DNA of 64,000 bases from Clostridia bacterium. Lineage in GTDB: Bacteria > Bacillota > Clostridia > Oscillospirales > CAG-272. Where the stretch lies: the NCBI GenBank assembly GCA_017938205.1, contig JAGBCA010000004.1, positions 434 to 64,433 of the forward strand, written 5' to 3'. Under the pieces are notes generated by a model that saw nothing but the letters and a program-made list of their open reading frames with translations, had not been told where the DNA came from and made no database searches. Position 1 is the first letter of the stretch. Each line of letters starts with the position of its first letter. The position numbers and the translations under genes were made by a program. Shown piece by piece: positions 48,543 to 58,554 of this stretch.

Positions 48543-50612
48543 TTAAGCATCCTTTTTCGCTTCGGCAATGATTTTATCCGCAAGGTTTGCAGGAACCTCG
48601 TCGTAGCGAATAAACTCAAAATCGAATCTGCCGCGGCCTTGCGTTGCGGCGCGAAGTGCGATCACGTAGTCGGTCATTTCCGCGAAGGGTGCCTCCGCAA
48701 TAACAACCTGCGTATCAGAGCCATCCTCTGCCGGCTCAATTCCCATTACCTTGCCACGGCGCTTATTGAGATCGCCCATAATGTCGCCAACATAGCTATC
48801 GGGAATGTAAACCTTCAATGCGCCAACGGGCTCAAGAAGCACGGGAGAAGCCTTGGGAAGGCCCTCACGGTATGCAATAGCTGCTGCGAGCTTGAAGGAG
48901 ATTTCATTCGAGTCTACGTCGTGATACGAGCCATCATACAGATTTGCCGCAAGATGAACCATGGGATAACCCGCCAGCACGCCCTTCTGCATGCACTCCT
49001 GAAGACCGGACTCAACCGCCGGGAAAAAGTTCTTCGGAACAGCACCACCAAATACGCTCTCGGTAAAGGTCAAGCCCTCTGCCTCACCGGGCGAAAACTT
49101 GATCTTTACGTGACCGTACTGACCCGAACCGCCGGACTGCTTCTTATGCTTACCCTCTACCTCAACGGACTTCTTGATCGTCTCGCGATATGCAAGCTTC
49201 GGCTTCGTGAGATTTACGGATGCACCAAAGCGCGCCTTCAGCTTGGAAACGATAATATCCAGATGAATATCACCAAGACCGGAAACTGTCAACTGCTTCG
49301 TCTCGGGATTGTTTTCATATTTCAGTGTCAGATCCTCTTCAAGCAGACGCGCCATACCGCCGGAGATCTTATCCTCATCCCCCTTTGCAGCAGGTGTGAT
49401 CGCCATTGTCATATAAGGCTTCGGATAAGAGATCGGTGCATAAGAAACATTGGCCGCGCCCGTCGTCAGCGTATCATTCGTATTCGCGCTGACAAGCTTT
49501 GCGGTAACACCAATATCGCCGCAGGCAAAAGCATCTGCCTCAACCTGCTTTTTACCGCGAAGCATAAATATCTTGTTGAATTTCTCGTTTGTACCGGTAC
49601 GAACGTTTCGAAGTGACATATCCTTGCGAAGCTCACCGTTCATAACCTTGAAGTAAGACATCTTTCCTACGAAGGGGTCTGCAACGGTCTTGAATACGAA
49701 AACAGAGGTATCTGCAGCTGCGGGATCGATCGCGATATCAGATCCGTCTGCCAGCTTCTCTACCTTTCTTGCAAGAGGTCTCGGGAAGGACTCCGCAATG
49801 GTATCAAGGAAGGTTTTAATGCCCCAGTTCTTGATCGCCGCGCCACAGAATACGGGAACGATATCACCCGTAATAATCCCCTGGTGGATCGCTTCAAGCG
49901 CTTCCTCGCGGGAAATGGGCTGCTCGTTGAAGAATTTATCCATCAGCTCATCGCTCGTCTGCGCGATCGCCTCAAGAAGAATGTTATGATATTCATCGCA
50001 AACATCCTTGAATTTATCGGAGATCGAGCTACGAACGTACTCACCCGTTGCCTTCTCGAAAGTATAAACGCACATTTCAACAAGGTTAGCAAAGCCGATA
50101 ACCGTATCACCGTCAATGATGGGGATCTGAATTGGGCAAACCGTCAATCCGTATTTTTCGCGGATCGCACCGAACACCTTATAAAAACGAGCCTCGGGAT
50201 CATCAAAGCGGTTGATGAAAAAGGCCTTTGGGATACCTGCATCGTTTGCCATTTTCCAAGCAAGCTCCGTTCCAACCTCAATACCCGCCTTACCGTCAAC
50301 TACGATAATAGCAGCATCTGCCGCGCGAACACACTGACGTGCCTCACCTTCAAAATCAAAGAAGCCGGGCGTGTCAAGAATATTGATCTTTGTACCATTC
50401 CAAAGCATCGGGGCCATTGCGGCAGAAACCGAATAGCCTCTCTTGATCTCTTCGGGATCGTAGTCACAAACAGTGTTACCGTCTGCAATCGTTCCGGGAC
50501 GATCCGTCAGACGAGAAATATATAGCATGGACTCCGCGAGCGTCGTCTTTCCACCCCCGCTATGTCCGAGGAGTGCAACGTTTCTAATGCTTTTTGTGAA
50601 AACTGTTTCCAT
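48543..50612 (-). CDS. Elongation factor G family GTPase (paralog outside the str operon)
   Basis: The 689-aa ORF has the five-domain EF-G layout, with G1 GHSGGGKTT, G3 DTPG and G4 NRFD. It is not flanked by rpsL, rpsG or tuf. Confidence 0.8.
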   Translation of the reverse strand: METVFTKSIRNVALLGHSGGGKTTLAESMLYISRLTDRPGTIADGNTVCDYDPEEIKRGYSVSAAMAPMLWNGTKINILDTPGFFDFEGEARQCVRAADAAIIVVDGKAGIEVGTELAWKMANDAGIPKAFFINRFDDPEARFYKVFGAIREKYGLTVCPIQIPIIDGDTVIGFANLVEMCVYTFEKATGEYVRSSISDKFKDVCDEYHNILLEAIAQTSDELMDKFFNEQPISREEALEAIHQGIITGDIVPVFCGAAIKNWGIKTFLDTIAESFPRPLARKVEKLADGSDIAIDPAAADTSVFVFKTVADPFVGKMSYFKVMNGELRKDMSLRNVRTGTNEKFNKIFMLRGKKQVEADAFACGDIGVTAKLVSANTNDTLTTGAANVSYAPISYPKPYMTMAITPAAKGDEDKISGGMARLLEEDLTLKYENNPETKQLTVSGLGDIHLDIIVSKLKARFGASVNLTKPKLAYRETIKKSVEVEGKHKKQSGGSGQYGHVKIKFSPGEAEGLTFTESVFGGAVPKNFFPAVESGLQECMQKGVLAGYPMVHLAANLYDGSYHDVDSNEISFKLAAAIAYREGLPKASPVLLEPVGALKVYIPDSYVGDIMGDLNKRRGKVMGIEPAEDGSDTQVVIAEAPFAEMTDYVIALRAATQGRGRFDFEFIRYDEVPANLADKIIAEAKKDA

Positions 50613-50853
50613 TTTGTTTGGTTCTCCTGTATGCTATGAATTGATGTCCAGCACCTCTGCCAATACATCTTATTTTAATTATACATCATAAAAAACACAA
50701 TTTCAAGAACTTTTTTTGAGTTAAACCAACATAGAGCGTAGAATTTTCCTTCTTATTTTTGTTCACATTACACAATTTTTCTAAAAAAAGAAAACGAGAC
50801 GGTGCTTGAAATGGTCAAGCGCTCCGTCTCATGAATTAAATACTTATTTATGC

Positions 50854-52257
50854 TTAATTTTGACTAAGTCCGTCCGCATCATCGGCGGCTTGCTTACGAA
50901 GCTTCATATTCGCCAAGGCCTGATAGATATTTTCGATTCCGATCAAAGCAATTCCCTCTGGCACGCGCAAAGCCGGCGTAATATTTTTCTTAGGAAGGAC
51001 GATTTTCGTGAATCCGAGACGCACCGCCTCCTTTACACGATACTCAATATGCGATACGGCACGAACCTCACCGGCAAGACCGATCTCACCGAAGGCGATC
51101 AGATCATCTGCGATCACGCGGTCGGTAATACCGCTGATCAACGCCATTGCAATTGAAAGATCTGCACTCGGCTCATCCAAACGAATGCCACCGGCAACGT
51201 TGAGATATACGTCGTTCTCATAAAAACGGAGTCCCATTCTTTTCTCAAGCACCGCCATTAAAAGACACATACGGTTATAATCAAAGCCGTCTGCCGTTCG
51301 CTTTCCGACGGGATAGGTCGTTTTCGTTACCAAGGCCTGGATTTCGGAAATGATCGGGCGGCTTCCCTGCATCACGCATCCGGCGCAGGAGCCGCTGGTA
51401 TTTTTCGGCCGCTCCGCCATTACCACCTCGCTGGGATTTGGTATTTCCTCAAGTCCGCGTTCACCCATTTGAAAAACGCCGATCTCATTGGTTGACCCAA
51501 AACGGTTTTTGATGGCTCGGATGATACGGTAGGAATTGGTTCGCTCACCTTCAAAATACAAAACGGCATCCACCATGTGCTCGAGAATTTTAGGACCGGA
51601 GATTCCGCCTTCCTTATTCACGTGGCCAACGAGAAAAACCGCCGCGCCACTGTTTTTTCCATAATGAATAAGAGAAAGCGCGCTTTCCCGCACCTGCGTT
51701 ATACTTCCCGGCGCTGAGGAAAAGCGCTCGATCGTAAGTGTTTGCACCGAGTCAATGATCAAGACCTGCGGCTGAATCCGATCACATTCGCCAAGAATTG
51801 CCTCGACGTCCGTTTCCGTGAGAAGAAAAATATTCTCTCCTTTGATCCCAAGTCGTTCAGCACGAAGCTTGAGCTGACCGGTTGATTCCTCACCGGATAC
51901 GTACAAAACACGCCGATCTCTTGAAAGCTCATCACATATCTGCAAAAGAAGAGTTGATTTTCCAATGCCGGGCTCGCCCGAAAGCAAAACCGCACTTCGC
52001 TCAACGAGACCGCCCCCCAACACACGGTCCAGCTCAGCCATTCCTGTTTTTGCACGTAAATAATCGGGCTGCTCAAGCTCCGAGAACGGAACTGCCTTGT
52101 TTTTCGGCGTTGCACGCACGGAGACTTTTGTTTTTTCCTCCTGCATCTGCTCCTCGTCATAGGAATCCCATGAGCCGCAATCCGGACATTTTCCGATCCA
52201 ACGAATACTCGTTGCGCCGCATTCACGGCAAACAAACATGATCTTTGGTGTTTTCAT
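50854..52257 (-). CDS. radA: DNA repair protein RadA/Sms
   Basis: It has an N-terminal zinc finger CRECG...CPDCGSW, Walker A GEPGIGKST, KNRFG and a Lon-like C-terminal domain. Confidence 0.93.
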   Translation of the reverse strand: MKTPKIMFVCRECGATSIRWIGKCPDCGSWDSYDEEQMQEEKTKVSVRATPKNKAVPFSELEQPDYLRAKTGMAELDRVLGGGLVERSAVLLSGEPGIGKSTLLLQICDELSRDRRVLYVSGEESTGQLKLRAERLGIKGENIFLLTETDVEAILGECDRIQPQVLIIDSVQTLTIERFSSAPGSITQVRESALSLIHYGKNSGAAVFLVGHVNKEGGISGPKILEHMVDAVLYFEGERTNSYRIIRAIKNRFGSTNEIGVFQMGERGLEEIPNPSEVVMAERPKNTSGSCAGCVMQGSRPIISEIQALVTKTTYPVGKRTADGFDYNRMCLLMAVLEKRMGLRFYENDVYLNVAGGIRLDEPSADLSIAMALISGITDRVIADDLIAFGEIGLAGEVRAVSHIEYRVKEAVRLGFTKIVLPKKNITPALRVPEGIALIGIENIYQALANMKLRKQAADDADGLSQN

Positions 52258-52269
52258 TGTAACATCCTT

Positions 52270-53007
52270 TTAGTTATTCTTCGATTCCGTTTCCATTATA
52301 CCACAAAGAATGGCAAAACACAATTGCTTTTGATATTCTTTTTCACAAAGTTTTTCACATTCCACGGGATTAGAAAGAAAACCGCATTCGATAAGCACGG
52401 CAGGACACGAAAGATTTTCCAAAAGATATAAGCCATCCCCTGCTCGAATGCTGCGGTTGTTCTTTGGTTGTAGCTTTTCCTTTACCTGCCCTTGAATAGA
52501 GGCAGCCAATTGATAACTGACCGCATTGTTTTCAGAATAAAAGACCTGCAAGCCGCTGTATTTAGGATCGGAAAAGGAATTCATGTGTAAGCTGATAAAG
52601 GTAGCATCTGAATACGACTGTGCAACCTTTACCCGATTTTTTAAATCATATATTTTTCTTAGGCCCTTGATATTTTCTGCCTCAGTATAAAGCAGCTTAT
52701 CTTCGGTTCTTGTATAAACAACCGTATATCCAAGCTCTGTAAGCTGACTTCCCAGTTCCATTGTGATTTCAAAATTCAGATCTTTTTCGTATACACCGTT
52801 TTGACCTATCGTTCCGCAATCCTCGCCTCCATGCCCCGCATCCAAAACATAAATTTTTTCCTTGGCATCGTTCCATGCGGGAATACTGTCGGGATGCGAT
52901 AAAAATATCGGCACAGCACTAAATAGCAGAGCCAATGAAAGCAAAAAGGAAAGAAACACGGCTTGCAGTCGAAATTTCCTATCATAAATAATATGAGTAG
53001 ATAACAT
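52270..53007 (-). CDS. N-acetylmuramoyl-L-alanine amidase (Amidase_3; CwlD-like)
   Basis: It has DAGHGGEDCG, an N-terminal membrane anchor and SLHMNS. I prefer the start at 53007, 5 nt after GGAGG; the open frame extends to 53031. Confidence 0.8.
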   Translation of the reverse strand: MLSTHIIYDRKFRLQAVFLSFLLSLALLFSAVPIFLSHPDSIPAWNDAKEKIYVLDAGHGGEDCGTIGQNGVYEKDLNFEITMELGSQLTELGYTVVYTRTEDKLLYTEAENIKGLRKIYDLKNRVKVAQSYSDATFISLHMNSFSDPKYSGLQVFYSENNAVSYQLAASIQGQVKEKLQPKNNRSIRAGDGLYLLENLSCPAVLIECGFLSNPVECEKLCEKEYQKQLCFAILCGIMETESKNN

Positions 53008-53043
53008 TACAGCCTCCATACGATACACCATATGGAGGCTGTA
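53008..53043 (-). promoter_or_regulatory. Perfect 13-bp hairpin that sequesters the Shine-Dalgarno sequence of the amidase gene
   Basis: The minus-strand RNA reads UACAGCCUCCAUA-UGGUGUAUCG-UAUGGAGGCUGUA and is immediately followed by AUG. GGAGG pairs with CCUCC. Confidence 0.6.
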
Positions 53044-53055
53044 AAAAAAGTATGC

Positions 53056-53655
53056 TTATTTTTGTTTTTTCATTTTAAAAACATCCATGATATGACGGCA
53101 TCCGCATCCCATACGATATCCAAAGTGCACAACGAGAGCTGCGCAGAAAGTTAAAATGAGGAAACCAACAGACTGCCAAAGGAAAAAGAAATCTGTTGCC
53201 GATCCGTTGAGGGGCTCAAAAATAAATTTCAGCGCACCCATATACATCGCGGAAGTGAAACGTAAAAGAATGTTGGGAATTGAGAAAAGGGCATCAAAAA
53301 ATCCGATACCGCTTAAAATGTAAATTCCCTTCCCAAGAATACTCAGGATCGCAAGCACAAAGTTCGGAACACCGGCAAAAAGTCCAAGATAAAGACCCTT
53401 GTTTTTATTGTATTCCATACGCCCGGCATCGATGCGGATACGATCCTTCGCGCCAAACTCCCATGCTGCGAAATAAAGCAATGCAAAAAAGAAAACAGTG
53501 GAAAAAAGCGAAACCAAAAGATAAAGCGTCAATGTCCAGGTGCTGTCCAAAACTATGGAAGCAGAAAAATAGAGCATCAGCGCAAATATGGTGATTCCAA
53601 ACTGATTGATGTATAAGCGAACGATATCATATGAGTTCTCTTTAAAAAATCGCAT
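53056..53655 (-). CDS. Hypothetical integral membrane protein
   Basis: A 199-aa ORF with 5-6 hydrophobic segments. I recognise no family. Confidence 0.55.
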   Translation of the reverse strand: MRFFKENSYDIVRLYINQFGITIFALMLYFSASIVLDSTWTLTLYLLVSLFSTVFFFALLYFAAWEFGAKDRIRIDAGRMEYNKNKGLYLGLFAGVPNFVLAILSILGKGIYILSGIGFFDALFSIPNILLRFTSAMYMGALKFIFEPLNGSATDFFFLWQSVGFLILTFCAALVVHFGYRMGCGCRHIMDVFKMKKQK

Positions 53656-53802
53656 AAGTACTCCGTCTTATTGTATTTACACCTCTATTCTATCACAGCA
53701 TAAAGAAAAAGCAAGGCAAAACGATAAATGTTTACACTTTATCCACTAAAATTAAAATTTATTTTGTATAATAGAAGTAGTGAAAATCAGGAGGTATTCC
53801 AA

Positions 53803-54819
53803 GTGGCAGTTCTCACAATGAATAATGCCGAGTTCCGCACTTTCCCATTGATTTTGCGGGATTATGCATCCTACACGACCGCGATCCGCGGCAACAGTAA
53901 AAAAACGGTTTGCGAATACCTTCTGGACCTTCGTACCTTTTTTCGCTTTATGCGTATGCGAGAGGAAGCGTTGGATCTGACCATGGACGAATTTGAATCG
54001 CTTTCGATCAGTCATATGGATTTAGAAGATGTAAAACGCATTACAACGCAAAATATCATTGATTTTTTGATGTTTATCGGAACGGAGCGAGATAATTCAA
54101 CCACCACGCGTATGCGCAAGCTCAGTGCGATCAAATCCTTTTTTCACTATCTATACACAAAAAAACATCTGATCGACAGCAATCCCGCCGCAGACGTCGA
54201 AGGTCCTAAAGCAAAAAAAGCACTTCCGAAATATATGACGCTTGAAGAATCCATCCGTTTTCTCGAAGCTGTCCAAAATGATTCGGAATCCAAAACAGTA
54301 ACGCGCGATCTTTGTATTTTCACTCTCTTTCTGAACACCGGTATGCGACTCAGCGAGCTGACAGGTCTGAATCTCGACAGCTTTGATTCCGATCTTACAC
54401 AGGTCAAAGTTCTTGGTAAAGGAAACAAAGAGCGTATAATCTATCTAAATGATGCTTGCAAGACAACATTGAAAGATTATTTACGCGTTCGTCTGGACCC
54501 AAAATACATTCGAACAGATGAAAAGGCGCTCTTTATCAGCCGTCTGGAAACGCGCATTTCTGCCAAAACAGTCCAATGGCTGACGGGTAAGTATCTTAGT
54601 GCGGCGGGACTTGGCCACCGTGGCCTTTCCGTGCATAAGCTTCGCCATACGGCGGCTACGCTGATGTACCAAACGGGAAAGGTGGATATCCGTGTTCTCA
54701 AAGATATCCTTGGGCACGAGCAACTCAACACCACACAAATTTATACGCACGTAGTGAGCAGAAACATGGAGGAAGCGGTCGCACAAAATCCGCTTGCTTC
54801 CCTGCATAAGAAAAAATAA
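53803..54819 (+). CDS. Tyrosine site-specific recombinase (XerC/XerD-like)
   Basis: It has an N-terminal SAM-like domain and a C-terminal catalytic region with RLSEL, HKLRHTAAT, LGHEQLNTTQIYTHV. A GTG start at 53803 lies 8 nt after AGGAGG; ATG 53818 is an alternative. Confidence 0.82.
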   Translation: MAVLTMNNAEFRTFPLILRDYASYTTAIRGNSKKTVCEYLLDLRTFFRFMRMREEALDLTMDEFESLSISHMDLEDVKRITTQNIIDFLMFIGTERDNSTTTRMRKLSAIKSFFHYLYTKKHLIDSNPAADVEGPKAKKALPKYMTLEESIRFLEAVQNDSESKTVTRDLCIFTLFLNTGMRLSELTGLNLDSFDSDLTQVKVLGKGNKERIIYLNDACKTTLKDYLRVRLDPKYIRTDEKALFISRLETRISAKTVQWLTGKYLSAAGLGHRGLSVHKLRHTAATLMYQTGKVDIRVLKDILGHEQLNTTQIYTHVVSRNMEEAVAQNPLASLHKKK

Positions 54820-54831
54820 ACGGAGATATTC

Positions 54832-55674
54832 ATGAAATTAGGAGAAAAAATCAAAGCAGAAAGAAAACGACTCGGTTTGACGCAAAATGCGATCGCCGGT
54901 GATCATATCACGAGAAATATGCTCAGCGCTATAGAATCCGGGAAGGTCCATCCATCGCTTGAAACGCTCCGTTATCTCTCATCAACACTTGGGCTTCCGA
55001 TCGGCTATCTTTTGGACGATGAAGCGGATCTGTTTTTTTACAAAAAAGAAAAAAGCATTACTGCCATAAGAAAAGCATTTGCGGATAAGAAATACAAGAT
55101 CTGTCTTTCAATGATAGAGGCACTCGGAGATACGGATGACGAGATCTGTTATATTAAGGTTTGTGCTTCCTTCTTTCTTGGCAAGCAAATGACGATCGCC
55201 GGAGATCTTTCACGCGCGGCGCATTGCTTCGAAACCTGTCTTTCCTGCATGGATGCCTGCATATACCCTACAGAGGAATTCCGGACTTTAATTCCCCTCT
55301 ATTCCGCCATTATCCGCAATGTTCAATCACCACTTCTGGAGCTTGATGCCGAGGCATTTGAAAACGCGTTCTTCTCTTCATATGACTACGAATTTTACCA
55401 CTATCTGAACCTGGATTTTGATTACAAATACACGAACAGAGTTTTCAAGCTTCATATGCAAGCAAAGGCGCTCATGCGTTCCAGAAAATACACCGAGGCA
55501 ATTTCGATCCTCGAGCAGCTTGAGGATATGAAAGGGCCGGATGAATACAACTCCTGCGTGATCCTCGGTGTATATACCGATCTTGAAAATTCTTATAAGG
55601 AAATGATCAATTTCGAAAAGGCCTATCGTTATGCAACCAAACGAATTTCGCTTCTTGAGGGATTCCGCACCTAA
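54832..55674 (+). CDS. XRE-family HTH regulator with a TPR-like C-terminal domain
   Basis: It has an N-terminal HTH (GEKIKAERKRLGLTQNAIAG...SAIESGK) and an all-helical C-terminal region of about 200 aa. Confidence 0.75.
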   Translation: MKLGEKIKAERKRLGLTQNAIAGDHITRNMLSAIESGKVHPSLETLRYLSSTLGLPIGYLLDDEADLFFYKKEKSITAIRKAFADKKYKICLSMIEALGDTDDEICYIKVCASFFLGKQMTIAGDLSRAAHCFETCLSCMDACIYPTEEFRTLIPLYSAIIRNVQSPLLELDAEAFENAFFSSYDYEFYHYLNLDFDYKYTNRVFKLHMQAKALMRSRKYTEAISILEQLEDMKGPDEYNSCVILGVYTDLENSYKEMINFEKAYRYATKRISLLEGFRT

Positions 55675-56456
55675 CAAATATCCGAAAGAGAGCCAAAGCT
55701 ATATCCCATAGAGCGCCATTCCTTAATTAGTTCGGGCAATATTTTCGCATTCGTGGACGAGGTTGGGTGGAGTAAAATAATAGCACCGTTGTGCGTATTA
55801 TTCAGCAAGATCCGCTTTGCTTTTTCACAGTCCATCTGACGGTCATTATCCCAATCCGCGTATGCAAGGCTCCAGAATACGGTCTTGTATCCGAGATCAC
55901 GCGCATACGCTAAATGCGCTTCGTCATAGCGCCCTTCGGGGAAACGGAAGATTTTCTCCATCTGTTCGCCGGTGCGCTCGGTATAGACACGCTCAAGGGC
56001 TTCGAGATTATTTTTCATCTCATCCTTTGTACAACGCGTCATATCCGCATGATTTTCCGTGTGATTGCAAACAATATGCCCCTCTGCGCTCATTCTTTTG
56101 ACAAGATCTGTATTTTTTCGTATAATATGGCCGAGCAAGAAAAAAGCACCGGGCACGTTCTCTGCTTTCAGGACATCCAGAATTTTTTCAACGTTTCCGT
56201 TTTCATACCCCGCATCAAAGGTAAGATACAGAACTTTTTTCTCGTCAACGTCACTTCTGTTCTCATCAATAAATATAGCACCATATTCTTCGATCATTTT
56301 TTCATCATCTGGCAAAATTGGTCTTTGATGCCCGTTTTTCTTGATATAAAAGCTTTGGGGACGGCCTTCATATGCCTGCGCCGATAATAGCAACGCAGAA
56401 AAAAGGAATAAAACCACTACAATTAAGGTTAATGCTCTTTTTTTCATCATACGCAT
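55671..56456 (-). CDS. Polysaccharide deacetylase (PdaA-like delta-lactam de-N-acetylase)
   Basis: It has a signal peptide and NodB motifs (LTFDAGYENG, HTENH, ILLHP). Confidence 0.8.
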   Translation of the reverse strand: MRMMKKRALTLIVVVLFLFSALLLSAQAYEGRPQSFYIKKNGHQRPILPDDEKMIEEYGAIFIDENRSDVDEKKVLYLTFDAGYENGNVEKILDVLKAENVPGAFFLLGHIIRKNTDLVKRMSAEGHIVCNHTENHADMTRCTKDEMKNNLEALERVYTERTGEQMEKIFRFPEGRYDEAHLAYARDLGYKTVFWSLAYADWDNDRQMDCEKAKRILLNNTHNGAIILLHPTSSTNAKILPELIKEWRSMGYSFGSLSDIC

Positions 56457-56585
56457 CCTTTCAAAGAGATCTTCCCTTCTATTTTCTCACTATTTTTGAT
56501 TTTCACCCAAGGAAAAAATGCGCATAAAAGGAAAAGCTATCGCTAAGCAAAAATGCAAAGCGATAGCTTTTTGTTTTAAATTCAA

Positions 56586-58529
56586 TCATGCATTGCCCCA
56601 AGCGGAGGCAACACCCAAATACGAATGGCAGAACGAAAGATGATTGCTCTTTCTTGTGGCAGGCAGACGTGGTTCATCGAGTTCCTCGATACAGTTGATT
56701 TTTCCATCCAAGTATGCCCCGACAAGATAAATCGCAGTATCCAAGCGTGCAAGCACACCGCCAAAGCGGCGGTCAATCACATCCAGGCCAAATGCCTGAT
56801 TACGCATAAACCAAAGATCTCTGTACTTCTTTCTAAGCACCTTCACGCTCTCGATAATTGCAGGAACATCCGAATCAATCAGCTTACGCAAGGCATCCTT
56901 GTTTTTCGAAAGATATGCATTACGCAGGCGAACGCCGATATCATACTTCTCCGAAAGAGCATCGCAAAGCGCAATATACATTTCAAGCGATACTTCAAAT
57001 TCCGGATATTTACCTACGTACTGCAAAAGCTTTGCCTTCTGCTTTTGAAAATGCGCCTTAAAATCGAGTTTAATTGCCTCGGTATCAAACAATCCCGCAA
57101 GCGGATCCTGCCACATAAGATAGAACGTAGGATTCACAAGCGATGGAGAGCTATCAAGGGATCGATTCGTAAGATTTTCGGGTGCCATGGAATCCACAAG
57201 ATCATCCTTCATTGCAAGGAGATCCTCTACCCCCTCAGCATTGTCGATGTCAGCAATATCCAAAATCATTTGTGCGGGGGCTTTTACACAGAAATCACAT
57301 CTGTGCTTGATCTCATCAAAGGTGGGCGCATCATTATACATATGCTCCGCATAGAGCTGATAGCCGAGAAGGTTGCAGAAGAAATCTCTCTCCGTGCTCT
57401 GATCTCCCCATGTTGTAACGATTATGTTTTTTACGCCCAGATCCTTACAAAGCTTCAGCGAAACCTCAGATGCGGCACGCGTAAGATAGTAGTTGACGCA
57501 AAAGCCGTGCCAATCCTGAACCGCACCGCCAAACCACATCGTGCGTCCGCTCGACTTCAAGGAACGGATCTCGCGTTCAAGGTTCGTAGTATCCAAGGAG
57601 GTATAATCCCAAGCCGTCAACTCAATATTTTCCGGAATCTTGTTTTTCATTTCCTCGGGAACGTCATGGTTGGTAATATCAAATCCAACCGAAGATGCAC
57701 CGATGCGGAAGAACATGTCCGCCCAGATGTTGGGTTGCAACCCCATGCGCTCACATATTTTTGCAACACGTGCAAGATGCTCACAGAATATATCCTCACG
57801 CGGAACGAATCCGTGCTTTGCAAAATAAGCACCCGTGCCAAGATTCATCGTTTCATCAAATCCGATGTGTACACGCTTGGTGCGAAGCGGGCGCATCGCG
57901 GCTTCCAGCATACATTCAATAAATTTATAGGTTTCCTCTTCTCCGACAAGCAAACAGTTGCCTGTATCTCTGATCGGCGCAAACTGCCCCCAATGCAGAG
58001 TATGCCCAAGATGTCCAAGACACTGAATGGCGGGAATGATTTCGATACCGAGATTATAGGCGTAGTCATCCAGCTCCTTGATCTGCTCGTCTGTATGACG
58101 GCCTCTCATGTAACCAAAATACTCATATTCTGGAACGTGATATGACTCTTCTCTATAGAAAAGAAACATATTGAGTCCCATCATGGCCATCTTACGCATG
58201 CAGCTCTTGAGAGCGTCCACGTTCATCAATGCGCCGTGTGAAAGATCCACCATGCCGCCGCAGATATCAAACTTTGCATACTCTTCTTTTTTAAACGGCT
58301 TTTCACCGTCCTTGGATTCTTGCAAAAGAAGGCCAAGCGCTCTGAAAAATTCGCAGGGGCGGCTATAAACGATCTTTGCTTCCTTTCCGTCGAAAGAAAC
58401 AAAGAGATGATCCCCTTTATCAACATAGGTTTTGATTCCGCACTCACACAAGCCAAAACCGTAATCAGGCGCAAGGATTTCTATACCCTTCTGCACCGCG
58501 GAAATATCGCCAATAAAATTAAAATTCAT
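56586..58529 (-). CDS. GH20-family beta-N-acetylhexosaminidase-like glycoside hydrolase (paralog of 25964..27862)
   Basis: The 647-aa ORF has QCLGHLGH and HIGFDET and is colinear with the other long GH20-like ORF along its whole length. Confidence 0.7.
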   Translation of the reverse strand: MNFNFIGDISAVQKGIEILAPDYGFGLCECGIKTYVDKGDHLFVSFDGKEAKIVYSRPCEFFRALGLLLQESKDGEKPFKKEEYAKFDICGGMVDLSHGALMNVDALKSCMRKMAMMGLNMFLFYREESYHVPEYEYFGYMRGRHTDEQIKELDDYAYNLGIEIIPAIQCLGHLGHTLHWGQFAPIRDTGNCLLVGEEETYKFIECMLEAAMRPLRTKRVHIGFDETMNLGTGAYFAKHGFVPREDIFCEHLARVAKICERMGLQPNIWADMFFRIGASSVGFDITNHDVPEEMKNKIPENIELTAWDYTSLDTTNLEREIRSLKSSGRTMWFGGAVQDWHGFCVNYYLTRAASEVSLKLCKDLGVKNIIVTTWGDQSTERDFFCNLLGYQLYAEHMYNDAPTFDEIKHRCDFCVKAPAQMILDIADIDNAEGVEDLLAMKDDLVDSMAPENLTNRSLDSSPSLVNPTFYLMWQDPLAGLFDTEAIKLDFKAHFQKQKAKLLQYVGKYPEFEVSLEMYIALCDALSEKYDIGVRLRNAYLSKNKDALRKLIDSDVPAIIESVKVLRKKYRDLWFMRNQAFGLDVIDRRFGGVLARLDTAIYLVGAYLDGKINCIEELDEPRLPATRKSNHLSFCHSYLGVASAWGNA

Positions 58530-58554
58530 AACTTACATAAAACCTTTCTAAAAA

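Noticed and set aside
53803-54819. The tyrosine recombinase as the integrase of a mobile element, or of the tRNA-linked insertions 5 kb away
   Set aside because: I could see no flanking direct repeats, phage or conjugation genes. Its neighbours are core-type genes (radA, cwlD-like, pdaA-like). It looks like a chromosomal Xer-type recombinase, though this cannot be proven from sequence alone.
56625-58145. A 506-aa ORF antisense to the GH20-like gene (with similar cases at 48639-49616 and 58918-59775)
   Set aside because: These are shadow frames with Arg/Ile/Lys-rich low-information sequence. The opposite strand carries recognisable enzymes.
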